Part shown: positions 48,701 through 63,201 of the stretch, piece after piece
Position numbering within the stretch: position 1 is the first letter of the stretch
Layout of the letters: each line of letters starts with the position of its first letter
NCBI GenBank assembly: GCA_963841915.1
Contig: CAWJEN010000006.1
Location: 1,376,001-1,440,000, forward strand
Reading direction: 5' to 3'
Length of the DNA stretch: 64,000 nucleotides
Source: an uncultured Planctomycetota bacterium
Lineage (GTDB): Bacteria; Planctomycetota; Phycisphaerae; Tepidisphaerales; Tepidisphaeraceae
Translations under genes and position numbers: made by a program
The notes under the pieces: generated by a model
Database searches by the model: none
What the model was told of the DNA's origin: nothing
What the model saw: only the letters and a program-made list of their open reading frames with translations

Positions 48701-49327
48701 TCAGATGGGAACGCGGTACCGGCATTTGCGGATTTCACCCGTGGTATGAAGCGGGTGATTCCGCGGAACGTCGACTATCTCCATCAGCTCACCACCAAGC
48801 CGCTCGATCGTTCGGCGGCTGGGCTTGTTGTCGGGGTCGCAGGTGATCGACAGCTCCGTCAGACCGTGATGTCGCGCCAGCGGATAAAGCAAACGCGTCG
48901 CCCGCTCGGCCAAGCGCTGGCCACGGCAGGGCGGGAAGACGCCATAACCGACGTGGCCGACATAGCGGGCCATCGCCGGCCCGCCACCAATGCGAAGGTT
49001 GATCGAGCCGCCGAACCCGACGAACCCATTGGCCGGGTCGTTGACGTGCATCCAGAAGCGGTAGGCGTGCAGCCGCTTTCGCTCGTGGTCGAGCAGGTGC
49101 TCGTGTCCGCGAGGTGTCCGCAAGATCTCTGCCCTGAAGCGAGTCGCGTTGAATTGGCACACCGCGTCGCCCCGGCAGTCCGCTCTGGAGCAGGCCAGTA
49201 GGAACGCATCGACACCGGCCGGACTCGGCTCGGTCAGCGTTAGAATGCCGTCATGCGTGGGGCCGAGATCGTCCAGATCAGCGAAGCAGAAGGGTGTTGT
49301 GCGTCGCCAAAGTCGAGAAAGCAGCAC
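48701..49327 (-). CDS. GNAT family acetyltransferase
   Basis: GHVGYGVFPPCRGQRLA, ITCDPDNKPSRRTIERLGG; start uncertain. Confidence 0.85.
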   Translation of the reverse strand: MLLSRLWRRTTPFCFADLDDLGPTHDGILTLTEPSPAGVDAFLLACSRADCRGDAVCQFNATRFRAEILRTPRGHEHLLDHERKRLHAYRFWMHVNDPANGFVGFGGSINLRIGGGPAMARYVGHVGYGVFPPCRGQRLAERATRLLYPLARHHGLTELSITCDPDNKPSRRTIERLGGELMEIVDVPRNHPLHTTGEIRKCRYRVPI

Positions 49328-49364
49328 GGCAAGCGACGGTAGGAACCTTTGAAGATCCCGAACG

Positions 49365-49401
49365 CGACGCAGCCCGCAGGGTGTGCCTGCGGGCTGCGTC
49401 G
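49365..49401. terminator. 16-bp perfect stem hairpin
   Basis: cgacgcagcccgcagg-gtgtg-cctgcgggctgcgtcg. Confidence 0.7.
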
Positions 49402-49418
49402 ACTGTGACCTGGGTTGC

Positions 49419-49586
49419 TCAGAAGAACAAGAACAACGGCGTGCCGTCGGCACCGACGATGTTCTGCCACTTCAGCCAAAGGAAGGCCAGAGCAACGATG
49501 GCGGCGACACAGGCAACGCCTGTCAAGGCCGTGTAGATGTTGTTCGTCGGGCGGATGACGACCGTTTCGGTACGTGTGCGGGTCAT
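49419..49586 (-). CDS. 55-aa single-TM protein (not in ORF track)
   Basis: MTRTRTETVVIRPTNNIYTALTGVACVAAIVALAFLWLKWQNIVGADGTPLFLFF; followed by the hairpin. Confidence 0.65.
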   Translation of the reverse strand: MTRTRTETVVIRPTNNIYTALTGVACVAAIVALAFLWLKWQNIVGADGTPLFLFF

Positions 49587-49621
49587 GGCAAGGCTCGTTG
49601 AGGCAGACGAAGGAAAGACGA

Positions 49622-50482
49622 TCAGTTCGACGCGGTGCGGACACGGTCGCTGCGGGCGATTTCGCCGACGCGGTCGCCGCGAAGGCTGCCGAAGGCGGTC
49701 TTGTTGTCGACCTCTTCGACCGTCATGAGGCCCAGCAGGGCACCGGTGCGGTCGTCGAAGACGGCCAATTCCATGCCGGTGCGGACATCATCTTCGCTGC
49801 CGATGCTGATCTGGGCGTAAGGGCCGTTTTCGAGCTCCGTGCGACCGGTGATGATGCCGTTGACGTCTTTGGCACCGAGATTCGCAGGAATGGCGTCGGA
49901 GTTCATGCCGAGCGAGCCAAGGGCACTCTTCATGCGGCCGTTCATCGCAGTGAGTTCGGCGATCTTTTCCTGCTCGGCCCGGAGGGCGCGGCGGGTGAAG
50001 GTCAACTCGTTCTGCACCTGATTGAGCTGGGCCTGCGTGGCACCGTACTGCTCAGTGATCTGGCTGGTCTCGCCGCGAAGACTGGCCAGCTGCTGCTGCA
50101 GGGCATCGTACTGTTGGGTCGTGACGGTGACGGCCTGGGCGGTCGCGCTGACGGTGGCCTGCTCGAGGGCGAGCTGGCTTTGCAGGCGGGCGGCTTCGGC
50201 GCGGGTTTCGTCGAGCTGGGCACGCAAGGAGCCGACATCGGTCTGAGCCGAGTTGAGCCGGTTGACGAGTTCGTCGACCTCGCGTCGGGCGTTGCTGACG
50301 CGGGTGTCTGCCGCGGTGGTGCTGCGGGCGGCAGTCGCATTAGCGATGGCGATGGCTTCCTTGGACGTCTCGAGATCCGCCTGGAGGCCTGGAATGGTGT
50401 TCAGGAACGTCACCGCCGCCGCCGACAACAGCAGCGAGAGTACGACGAGCACAACGACGAAGACTCGGGTCAACACGCTCAC
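49622..50482 (-). CDS. Membrane-anchored coiled-coil protein with C-terminal beta domain
   Basis: N-terminal TM, long heptad region, ISIGSEDDVRTGMEL. Confidence 0.8.
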   Translation of the reverse strand: MSVLTRVFVVVLVVLSLLLSAAAVTFLNTIPGLQADLETSKEAIAIANATAARSTTAADTRVSNARREVDELVNRLNSAQTDVGSLRAQLDETRAEAARLQSQLALEQATVSATAQAVTVTTQQYDALQQQLASLRGETSQITEQYGATQAQLNQVQNELTFTRRALRAEQEKIAELTAMNGRMKSALGSLGMNSDAIPANLGAKDVNGIITGRTELENGPYAQISIGSEDDVRTGMELAVFDDRTGALLGLMTVEEVDNKTAFGSLRGDRVGEIARSDRVRTASN

Positions 50483-50823
50483 GGAAGCAGCCTCCTCAGA
50501 GGAACGGGCCCGATGGCAGGAAGCCGAAGGACCTTTGGGGTTCAGTGCCAGACTGTGCGGCCGAAGCCGGCACGGTGGCGGGGCGGGGTCACGTTCATCG
50601 GCATCGGCCGAGACGTGCGGTCTGTCATGCTAATGGCCGCCGCACCCGTGTCAACGCGTGGGGGTGACCAGAACCGACAAAGTTTGTTCTCGGACCCTCC
50701 AGGTGATGATCAAGTGGCCACGAGAGTCGCCGCCCAGGCGCTGCATGTGGTCGGCATGGCATGCTCGACAACGACCCAGAGCCGCGGTCCGTAGGACTGC
50801 AACTCTGGGTTGCACGTCCTTCT

Positions 50824-52026
50824 TTAGAAGCTCGTCACCGCTGCGGTCTTGGCTTCGCGGACGTTCTTGACGAACGTGCTGCTCTTGGCCTTCTCGGCCA
50901 GCATCTGGGCGTACTTCTCGTCCGTCGCGTCGTCAAAGGGCAGGTCGACCCAATCGTCGGTCCATGCGCTCAGGAGCATCGCGTTGGCGAGCATGACGCC
51001 GTTGAGGCCGTCGGTGCCGGGCGCTAGCAAGGGTTTCTTATCGAGGACGGCCTCGACGAAGTTGATGAAGATGCCACGGTGCTCAGGGCCGTGACCCCCC
51101 GGAATGTCTGTCTTCCACGTCTCGGGTCGTGCAAAGCCTGCATCGGTCTCTTTGAGGAAAGTCTGCACACTCTCTGGCGTCCGCCAGAAGGTGATGTCAC
51201 CGCCTTCCATGAGCACCTTGCCGCGGTCGCTGGCGATCTCTAGGAACTGCGTGCCTGGTGCTTCACCGGTGCTGGTGACGAACGTGCCTGTCCCGCCGTT
51301 CTCGTACTCGACGTAGCAGGTGACCTCGTCTTCGGTCTCGATGTGGTGGTGCTGACCCAACTTGCAAAACGCCCGCACCCGCTTGGGCATGCCGCAGATC
51401 CACTGGAAGAGGTCGAGATTGTGCGGGCTCTGGTTGAGCAGCACGGCCCCGCCTTCGCCCTCCCACGTGCCTTTCCAGTCGGCCGTATCGTAGTAGTACT
51501 GCGTCCGGAACCAGTCGGTCAGGACGTACATGGTCCGCTTGATGTCGCCGATCTCGCCACTTTGGACGAGCTTCCGCATCTGCTGGTGACTCTTACGAGT
51601 CCGCTGGTTGAACATGATGCCAAAGACCAGGCCCTTCTCGGCCTCGGCCTTGACCGCGGCGGCATTCATCTCCTTGACCTGCTTGGTATAGACACCCGCC
51701 GGTTTCTCGCTCAGCACGTGCAGGCCGTGCTCGAAGGCCATCATCGCCAGCGGTGGGTGGAAATAGTGGGGCGTCGCGATCAGTACAGCATCGACCGTGC
51801 CGCTCTTCATGAGCGACTCTGCGTCGGCAAAGATCTGGACCTCGTGTCCGGCATGTTCGCTGACCGCCGTCTCAAGCTTCTTGGCGTCCTTGTCAGCAAC
51901 GGCCGTCACACGAAGTCGGTCGACCGGCTTGTCGCGGGTGAGCATCTGCAGGTGGGTCGTACCCATGCCGCCGATACCGATGATGCCGAGTCGGAGTTCG
52001 TTCTTTTGTGCTTGTTGGTCGCTCAT
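50824..52026 (-). CDS. Gfo/Idh/MocA family oxidoreductase
   Basis: GIIGIGGMG, IATPHYFH, HVLSEKP, LLNQSPHNLD. Confidence 0.93.
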   Translation of the reverse strand: MSDQQAQKNELRLGIIGIGGMGTTHLQMLTRDKPVDRLRVTAVADKDAKKLETAVSEHAGHEVQIFADAESLMKSGTVDAVLIATPHYFHPPLAMMAFEHGLHVLSEKPAGVYTKQVKEMNAAAVKAEAEKGLVFGIMFNQRTRKSHQQMRKLVQSGEIGDIKRTMYVLTDWFRTQYYYDTADWKGTWEGEGGAVLLNQSPHNLDLFQWICGMPKRVRAFCKLGQHHHIETEDEVTCYVEYENGGTGTFVTSTGEAPGTQFLEIASDRGKVLMEGGDITFWRTPESVQTFLKETDAGFARPETWKTDIPGGHGPEHRGIFINFVEAVLDKKPLLAPGTDGLNGVMLANAMLLSAWTDDWVDLPFDDATDEKYAQMLAEKAKSSTFVKNVREAKTAAVTSF

Positions 52027-52172
52027 GTGGCGCGGCATTGTCGAAGATTGGTTGCAGCACCGCAAGCAGAAGAAATTATGCGAAGGCCGCAACCCGATCG
52101 GCCTTAATGGGTACAGCAAGGGGCGACCGCCACCGGCCGCCCACCCCGTTTCCGCGGTATCGAGGAGCGACT

Positions 52173-52970
52173 ATGGGCACAGCGACGAGTCAGACGATCA
52201 GGCAGACGACACCGGCTACAGCCGAGCGAGGCCACCGTGTAGGCTCTGCCCAGCCGGTCAGGCCCTCGCTTCCTTCCCGCAGGCCAGTCGTCCGTCGCCA
52301 GATTGCCCCTCGCGTAGCCGTGCCGTCCGAACCCGTACCACCGACGCCGCCCGCTCGCCGCGCCTGGCCCGACGACGGCCGACCGGCTGTCCGTGCCGAC
52401 GACCGGATCAGCAAGGGCGGGCCGACCTATTTCGAGAAGGCAGTCGAAGACAACGCCCGTCGCCTGCTCGGCATCGCCCGCGGCATCGTCGGGTATCGAG
52501 CTAGCGGTGAAGACGTTGTTCAGCAAGCGCTGACGAACCTGTTTCGTCACCGCGATCGGTATGACTGGCGCGAGCCGGGGCCGTTGCTTAAGCGGGCGAC
52601 GGTTAATGAGGCACTTCGCCTGCTCAGGCCGCCGCGCATGAGCATGATTCCTGACGACTCCGCCGGTGCAGACGCTCGGCTGGGGCGAGACCGGCAGAAC
52701 GCCCCGGACGCGCCCCTTGAACGGGCTGAAACTGTCGACAAGGTGCGCGAAGCCATCGCCGACTTGCCCGAGCACTTCCGGGCGGCCTTGGTCTTGTGTG
52801 AGTACGAGGGCATGAGCTACCAGCAGATCAGCGAGACGCTCGACTGCTCTATTCCTCAGGTCAAGACGTGGCTGCACCGTGCCCGTCGTAAGCTTGCCAC
52901 AAAGCTCGGCGGCTACGTTGATGGCGAGCGGGCAGACGCAGAACCGACCAACACCCACGACGCCGCCTGA
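52173..52970 (+). CDS. ECF RNA polymerase sigma factor
   Basis: EDVVQQA region 2; LPEHFRAALVL...GMSYQQISETL...VKTWLHRAR region 4; start uncertain. Confidence 0.88.
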   Translation: MGTATSQTIRQTTPATAERGHRVGSAQPVRPSLPSRRPVVRRQIAPRVAVPSEPVPPTPPARRAWPDDGRPAVRADDRISKGGPTYFEKAVEDNARRLLGIARGIVGYRASGEDVVQQALTNLFRHRDRYDWREPGPLLKRATVNEALRLLRPPRMSMIPDDSAGADARLGRDRQNAPDAPLERAETVDKVREAIADLPEHFRAALVLCEYEGMSYQQISETLDCSIPQVKTWLHRARRKLATKLGGYVDGERADAEPTNTHDAA

Positions 52971-53021
52971 CCACCGCAGTCGTCTGACGAACCACCAATC
53001 GCCCGCAACAGCCATTCCTCC

Positions 53022-53588
53022 ATGTCCACCAACGGCAACTTGCCAACACAACATCCACCCGCCGACGCCGGCGAGAGCGGCGTGTTTGACTTCTACGTCC
53101 AGCAACTTGAGACGTACCTCGATGGTGAACTCGACGCGGCCGAAGCGGCAGTCGTGCGTCAGCGGCTCAGCGAAGAACCGGCCTACGCGGCGTCGTTGGC
53201 ACGGCTTGAATCGTCCCGCCGGATGCGGATCGACGGGTTCTGCGCATTCGGTGACAACTGCAACGACGACGAAGCGGCTCAACGCCTCTGCAAGTCTGCC
53301 TCGGTCCTTACGACGCGAGAGACATCGACGGGGCAGCACGCCTCGCGACACAGCACCTGGTGGCTTGGCAGTGCCGCGGCGGCGTGTGTGACGGTCGGCC
53401 TCGGTATCGGCTTCATCGCCGGGGGCGGCGGCCTCGACTTTGGCACCTCACCAGCCGACCCGCAGGGCAACCCCTTGCCGTCGAATGTCACGCCCGGCCT
53501 CATCAGCGACAACGGCGACCGCACCGGTCCGCCTGCCGAGGTCGACCAAACGCCCGATCGTGAACAATCCCCGGCGTTGTCGGATTAG
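53022..53588 (+). CDS. Putative anti-sigma factor
   Basis: LETYLDGELD then one TM; directly downstream of the ECF sigma. Confidence 0.75.
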   Translation: MSTNGNLPTQHPPADAGESGVFDFYVQQLETYLDGELDAAEAAVVRQRLSEEPAYAASLARLESSRRMRIDGFCAFGDNCNDDEAAQRLCKSASVLTTRETSTGQHASRHSTWWLGSAAAACVTVGLGIGFIAGGGGLDFGTSPADPQGNPLPSNVTPGLISDNGDRTGPPAEVDQTPDREQSPALSD

Positions 53589-53689
53589 TTCTTCGTCGGT
53601 TGCGAGACATAGCCAGAGGCCGCGGCATATCGATGCCGCGGCCTTTCACATATGCCACCACGTCGCCCGCTGTGCTGCGTCGACGGCCG

Positions 53690-54733
53690 TTAAATTGGTG
53701 CCGGCTCTTCTTCCGGGGCGACGCCGACCTTCTCGCGAAGGCGTGCTTCCATGCCACTGACTTCTTTGGCGAGCGTGGAGTTCGGGTAGTCGCGGCGGAT
53801 AATTCCGCCCAGACGTAACGCTTCGCTGAAGTCACGAGAGTGGATTGCCTCGCTGTAACGCTCTTTGAGCTTCATGAGCTTGTCACGAAAGACCTCCCGG
53901 GCCTCATCCTGAAGCTGCCGTCCTTCGTCGGGCGTGAGGTAGGCGTCGAGTTGCTTGAGCAGATCAGAGCCTCTGTCGGCGTCGCCGCTGGAGTGGGCGT
54001 CGCGGAACTGGCTGACCAGATCGACCTTGCGCTGCTGGCGACGCTCTTCGATCTTCGTGCGAAGCAGCCGGACCCGCATGTCGTTGTCGTACTTGTTGAT
54101 GAGTCGATCTGCCTCGGCAAAGGCGTCGCTCCACCGCTCGGCGTCGCACAAGTCGTCGACCCGGCTCGTCGCGTCGCCAATCTCGTGCCCGCGGGCGTCA
54201 TCGAGTCGACGACGGATCTCCTCGCGGAACCGCTCAGCCTCGTTGCGATAGCCGAACGCCTTTTCGAACTCGTCGGCCAGCAGGCGAGCACTGGCGTAGT
54301 CGCCCTTGAGCAGGTCCTCCTCGATCGCCCGGCGAACAACTTCGCGGTCGCGATCGCGATAGGCGACCTGCTTGCCACGCTCGCTGATGCGGGTGTTTTC
54401 GGCCACTTTCTGAGCTGCCGAAACGACGGCGCCGACGCTGTTGCGAAGTTCGCGGGTCGTGTCGACAGCGCGCTCGCTGACCGCTGCCTGCTGCCTGGCC
54501 GCGTGCAAGACAGCCGAGACGACAGCCGACGCGGCCAAAGCGATGACGACCGCAAGCACACCCGCCGCCGCGATGGCGTAGTCGCCAAACTGGACGAGCC
54601 GGTAGATGCCGTACCCCAGCAACGCGAGTCCCAGCAGCAGGGCGAGCGTGCTGACCCAGGGCGCTGCCCCGCGGCCAGTGCCTTGGGCGTCGGAAGTCGT
54701 GGTTGAACCGTCGCTTGCGTTATCTTGGGTCAT
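53690..54733 (-). CDS. Hypothetical protein, 2 TM plus helical domain
   Basis: Long ORF with host-like codon usage; ISERGKQVAYRDRDREVVRRAIEED. Confidence 0.75.
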   Translation of the reverse strand: MTQDNASDGSTTTSDAQGTGRGAAPWVSTLALLLGLALLGYGIYRLVQFGDYAIAAAGVLAVVIALAASAVVSAVLHAARQQAAVSERAVDTTRELRNSVGAVVSAAQKVAENTRISERGKQVAYRDRDREVVRRAIEEDLLKGDYASARLLADEFEKAFGYRNEAERFREEIRRRLDDARGHEIGDATSRVDDLCDAERWSDAFAEADRLINKYDNDMRVRLLRTKIEERRQQRKVDLVSQFRDAHSSGDADRGSDLLKQLDAYLTPDEGRQLQDEAREVFRDKLMKLKERYSEAIHSRDFSEALRLGGIIRRDYPNSTLAKEVSGMEARLREKVGVAPEEEPAPI

Positions 54734-54755
54734 GATCGGGCTCCGCGCCCTCATC

Positions 54756-55482
54756 TTACACGAAGTCCCACGCTTTGTGACCGTCGCAAGGGTCATGCGA
54801 ACGTGATGCTGCACGAGTGTCCGCCAGACGCTTCTCCTCGGCCTCCGGGCGGCGGACGTATTCGGGCAACAGTGCTACTGGTTCGACCGTCTGGCCACGC
54901 TTAAGTCGCCCGCGACCGAGTTCAGCCACCACCTCAACGTCCGGAAAAGGCTCGCCTTCCCATAGCCGACACCCCGCCAACTGCTCGCGGTGAAACTCGA
55001 CCCCTTCGCCCAATACCAAAGTGTCTGCAGTCAATGATGCGGCCAGCAACTTGGGCGAAAAGAGGCCGCCCGGACCGTCGGCTTGCCACACTCCATCCAC
55101 GGCCGTGAACGACGCTCGCCCAAACGGTGCCGCGGCGGGCATCGAACACCACACACGCCTGCCCTAGGGCCGGCAGGTGGTTCACCACAACCTCGGCGGT
55201 CGGAACAGCAACGACTTGTGCACCTGCCACGTGGGCCAGAAACTTGGTGAACGTGACGGCCACGCGGGTGCCTGTGAATGCGCCCGGGCCGTTGGACAGG
55301 TAAATCGCGTCGAGCTGTGTCGGCAAGAGGCCGTGCCGCTTCATCAGCTTGGCAGCGCGGTCGACGAGTTGCCCGCTGTTGCGGCGTCCCGGTGGCAGCA
55401 GGTCGACGTGGACGGTGTCATGGTGATCGACCAGCCCGAGTCCGGCCCGGCGGCTGGTGAGTTCGACGGCAAGGGCGATCAT
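54756..55482 (-). CDS. tsaB: t6A biosynthesis protein TsaB; frameshift near 55110
   Basis: GPGAFTGTRV, FDARRG; second frame LVLGEG...LLPEYVRRPEAE. Confidence 0.85.
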
Positions 55483-55991
55483 GCCGCCGACGGTACGTCC
55501 GGCTCGCTCCGCGTGCCGCCGGCGAGCAGGGCGATCAAACCGCAGCCCAGTCCGATGCCGATGACGGCCAATCGGCCTCTGGCGTCACGACACCACTCGG
55601 CAAGACGGCTTCCATCAGCTTCGGGTGCCGGGGCGGCCTCAACTGGCTCGGGCCGGAGCATTGCAAAAGGGCTCAGCGAGCCGTTGGCCATCGTCGAGGA
55701 AGCCAGCACCGCCACGTCGCCGTCCGGTTCAGGCGTCGTCTGACGACGTGACAAGCGATTGGCCAGTTGCTCATCACGGTGAAGCCGCGACAGGAACTCG
55801 TCGTTGAGGTCGGCTCGGCTGTGCAGGGCCTGCACCTGAGCTGCCAACTCAAGCCGCTGGGCTTCGATCAGGCGATTTGCCTCCGACGCCGGGATGAGCA
55901 CGCCGCAAGCGACGAGGCACAAGCCCAGCGCCAGCAACGGCAACGCCCACGCCGAGGCACGGTCAGGTGATGACTCGGACGCAACATCCAC
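55479..55991 (-). CDS. FtsB/DivIC-like TM-coiled-coil protein with extra C-terminal TM
   Basis: TM, heptads, LHRDEQLANRLSRRQ; ATGA overlap with tsaB; family call tentative. Confidence 0.5.
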   Translation of the reverse strand: MDVASESSPDRASAWALPLLALGLCLVACGVLIPASEANRLIEAQRLELAAQVQALHSRADLNDEFLSRLHRDEQLANRLSRRQTTPEPDGDVAVLASSTMANGSLSPFAMLRPEPVEAAPAPEADGSRLAEWCRDARGRLAVIGIGLGCGLIALLAGGTRSEPDVPSAA

Positions 55992-56047
55992 AGCCCGTGT
56001 TATCGGCCCAACCCCGCTGGCAGCCGCATGCGGCCGATGTTCGGGTG

Positions 56048-57232
56048 CTACGAAACGATGACGCCACTGAGCGATCCGCCGTCTCTGGAATCATAGGTGA
56101 CGCTCGAATCGCCGAAGAAGAACGTCTGTGGCTCGAAGACGCGACGGATCTCACCGACGAACAGCACCGCGTCCCGTACACTGCTCACGGCCGCCGCGCG
56201 GGCTTCGGTCAATAAGATCGCTTCGTCGCTGAACGCGTCGGCATCGACGACAAGTCGTCGTGCAAACATCTCACCGGTCGATTCGTCATCAACGTCGACA
56301 TCAACCGCGTCACCGAGAAGTTGGAGCTGATCGACAAGATCGTCGAAATCTTCACCTAATGTGGTTGAATCGATGCCGTCGGCAGGAACGGCAGCGATTG
56401 TAAGGGCAATCGCTGCGAGGCGAGTTGGGTCTGTCTCGCCCGCCCGCAGGTCCAGTTGCACCTGAGCCGCATCGGTGGTCGGCGTCAGCCGCGGCCCGTC
56501 GCGTCCGACGAAGATGTTCTCGGCCTCGCTGCCGACGAACAGGCGTCCGTGGTTGGCCACGCGGTCGGTGCCGTCGCCACCAAAGGTGATGTCAGTGTCG
56601 ATGAGGGAGGTGTTGGTGGTCTCGAAGGTCGTCTCGTCGCCGCCGTAGCGGACTTCGAGGTCGAAAGGCAGGGCGTCGATGACCCGCAGGCCCAGCAGGT
56701 ATCCACCTTCGCCGTCAATTTCGCCGCTATCGAAGACGACGCCTGCACCGTCGGCGAGCTTGCCGCCCAGGAGCAGGTCGTCGCCGTCCTCACCGTCGAG
56801 CAGGTCGCCGGCGGCGTTGCCGTCGAGCGTGTCGTTGCCGCTTCCGCCGAGCAGAATATCACCTTGCGGGCCCCCACCGAGCAGGTCGTTGCCGTCGCCG
56901 CCGTCGAGCACTGCTGGAACCGGAAGGTTCTGCCCCATGATGATGGTGTCGTCACCGCCGCGACCGTCGACCTCGACGCGTTCGAGGTCACCGTCGACGA
57001 CGATGGTTAGTCGTTCGACGCCGTTGACGCTGACGTCGAGCCGACTGATGCGTGACTCGGCATCGGCTGCCTCGCTGGCAAACTCGATGACATCGGCTGC
57101 GTCAGTCCCGACAAGCTTAACGAACCGATCTTCTCCGGCCGCGACCTCAGTAACGCCCGCCGGCAGATCGGCGAGCAGGACGGTCGTCAGCAGGCGGCGG
57201 GACTCGAGCGGCTCGGTGTGACGGTACATCAT
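56048..57232 (-). CDS. Calcium-binding RTX-repeat protein with LEPR-XLL-type leader
   Basis: EPLESRRLL; GGDGNDLL, GGSGNDTL, GEDGDDLL repeats. Confidence 0.82.
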   Translation of the reverse strand: MMYRHTEPLESRRLLTTVLLADLPAGVTEVAAGEDRFVKLVGTDAADVIEFASEAADAESRISRLDVSVNGVERLTIVVDGDLERVEVDGRGGDDTIIMGQNLPVPAVLDGGDGNDLLGGGPQGDILLGGSGNDTLDGNAAGDLLDGEDGDDLLLGGKLADGAGVVFDSGEIDGEGGYLLGLRVIDALPFDLEVRYGGDETTFETTNTSLIDTDITFGGDGTDRVANHGRLFVGSEAENIFVGRDGPRLTPTTDAAQVQLDLRAGETDPTRLAAIALTIAAVPADGIDSTTLGEDFDDLVDQLQLLGDAVDVDVDDESTGEMFARRLVVDADAFSDEAILLTEARAAAVSSVRDAVLFVGEIRRVFEPQTFFFGDSSVTYDSRDGGSLSGVIVS

Positions 57233-57309
57233 CTTAATGATCTATATGCAAACGATGGCCGCAGAGTTCGCAGCTTGCGTCTGCTGCGCGGCTGTCAGAA
57301 CATGCGTCG

Positions 57310-57789
57310 ATGACCGAAGTCTCAACGTGGCTCATGTTCAGTGACGCCGCAGAGGAGGCGGCAACCTTCTATGTGTCGCTGCTGCCCGACTCGCGGATCG
57401 ATCGCATCGTCCGTTCACCGTCCGAAGCTCCGAATACGAAGAAGGGCGATGTTCTCGTCGTCGAATTTACCCTCGCCGGTCGGTCCTACGCCGCCTTGCG
57501 GGCGCCGCAGGCGACGCCTTTTACCGAGGCCATGTCGCTGCAGGCGGTTTGCGACGACCAAGCAGAAGTCGATCGACTCTGGTCTGCCTTTCTTGACAAC
57601 GGCGGCAAAGCGTTGGCCTGTGGGTGGCTTAAGGACAAGTGGGGCGTCCCGTGGCAGATCGTTCCACGTCAGCTCGGCAAGCTGATGAGCGACCCGGACG
57701 CCGGGCGAGCTCAACGGGCGATGCAAGCCATGATGAAGCAGACGAAGATCGACATTGCTGCCATCGAGCAGGCTGCAGACGCAGTCTAA
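57310..57789 (+). CDS. VOC family protein (PhnB-like)
   Basis: AEEAATFYVS, DQAEVDRLW, CGWLKDKWGVPWQIVP. Confidence 0.92.
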   Translation: MTEVSTWLMFSDAAEEAATFYVSLLPDSRIDRIVRSPSEAPNTKKGDVLVVEFTLAGRSYAALRAPQATPFTEAMSLQAVCDDQAEVDRLWSAFLDNGGKALACGWLKDKWGVPWQIVPRQLGKLMSDPDAGRAQRAMQAMMKQTKIDIAAIEQAADAV

Positions 57790-57805
57790 CCACAAGTGCA
57801 ACAAG

Positions 57806-57843
57806 ACAGCGGGGTCGCCGATGATCATCGGCGACCCCGCTGT
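57806..57843. terminator. 38-bp perfect palindrome between convergent genes
   Basis: acagcggggtcgccgatga|tcatcggcgaccccgctgt. Confidence 0.75.
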
Positions 57844-57862
57844 TCTGCACCGGTTGTGGGAT

Positions 57863-62914
<5,052 letters not shown>

Positions 62915-62941
62915 ACCTTAAGCTTCATTCACCAGTCACCC

Positions 62942-62979
62942 ACCGCCATCCGCGTCGAACGACGCGGATGGCGGTTTTT
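62942..62979 (+). terminator. Intrinsic terminator
   Basis: accgccatccgcgtcg-aa-cgacgcggatggcggt followed by a T run. Confidence 0.85.
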
Positions 62980-63043
62980 CACGTCCGAGTTGACGAAGAG
63001 CGGGGCAAAGCGCCCGAGTCGGTACGATGCAGAGACAGTCGTT

Positions 63044-63187
63044 ATGGAGCTCACTCTTGCCTGCATCGCCGCCGCCGTCCTGACGGCTTACCACCTCCTC
63101 GCCGCGATGGCAGGGGAGCGTTCAGCCGGTTGGTCGCAGATCATCGCAAGACACGAACGCGAGGTCAGCCGCATCATCGACGCGTGA
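63044..63187 (+). CDS. Possible 47-aa membrane peptide
   Basis: MELTLACIAAAVLTAYHLLAAMAGER...; fills the gap between the terminator and the convergent gene. Confidence 0.35.
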   Translation: MELTLACIAAAVLTAYHLLAAMAGERSAGWSQIIARHEREVSRIIDA

Positions 63188-63201
63188 CTTGCATTGGCGT
63201 C

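Noticed and set aside
57784..57860. Integron attC site after the VOC gene
   Set aside because: Starts with GTCTAAC and is palindromic but lacks a complementary GTTRRRY end; no integrase; better explained as a terminator
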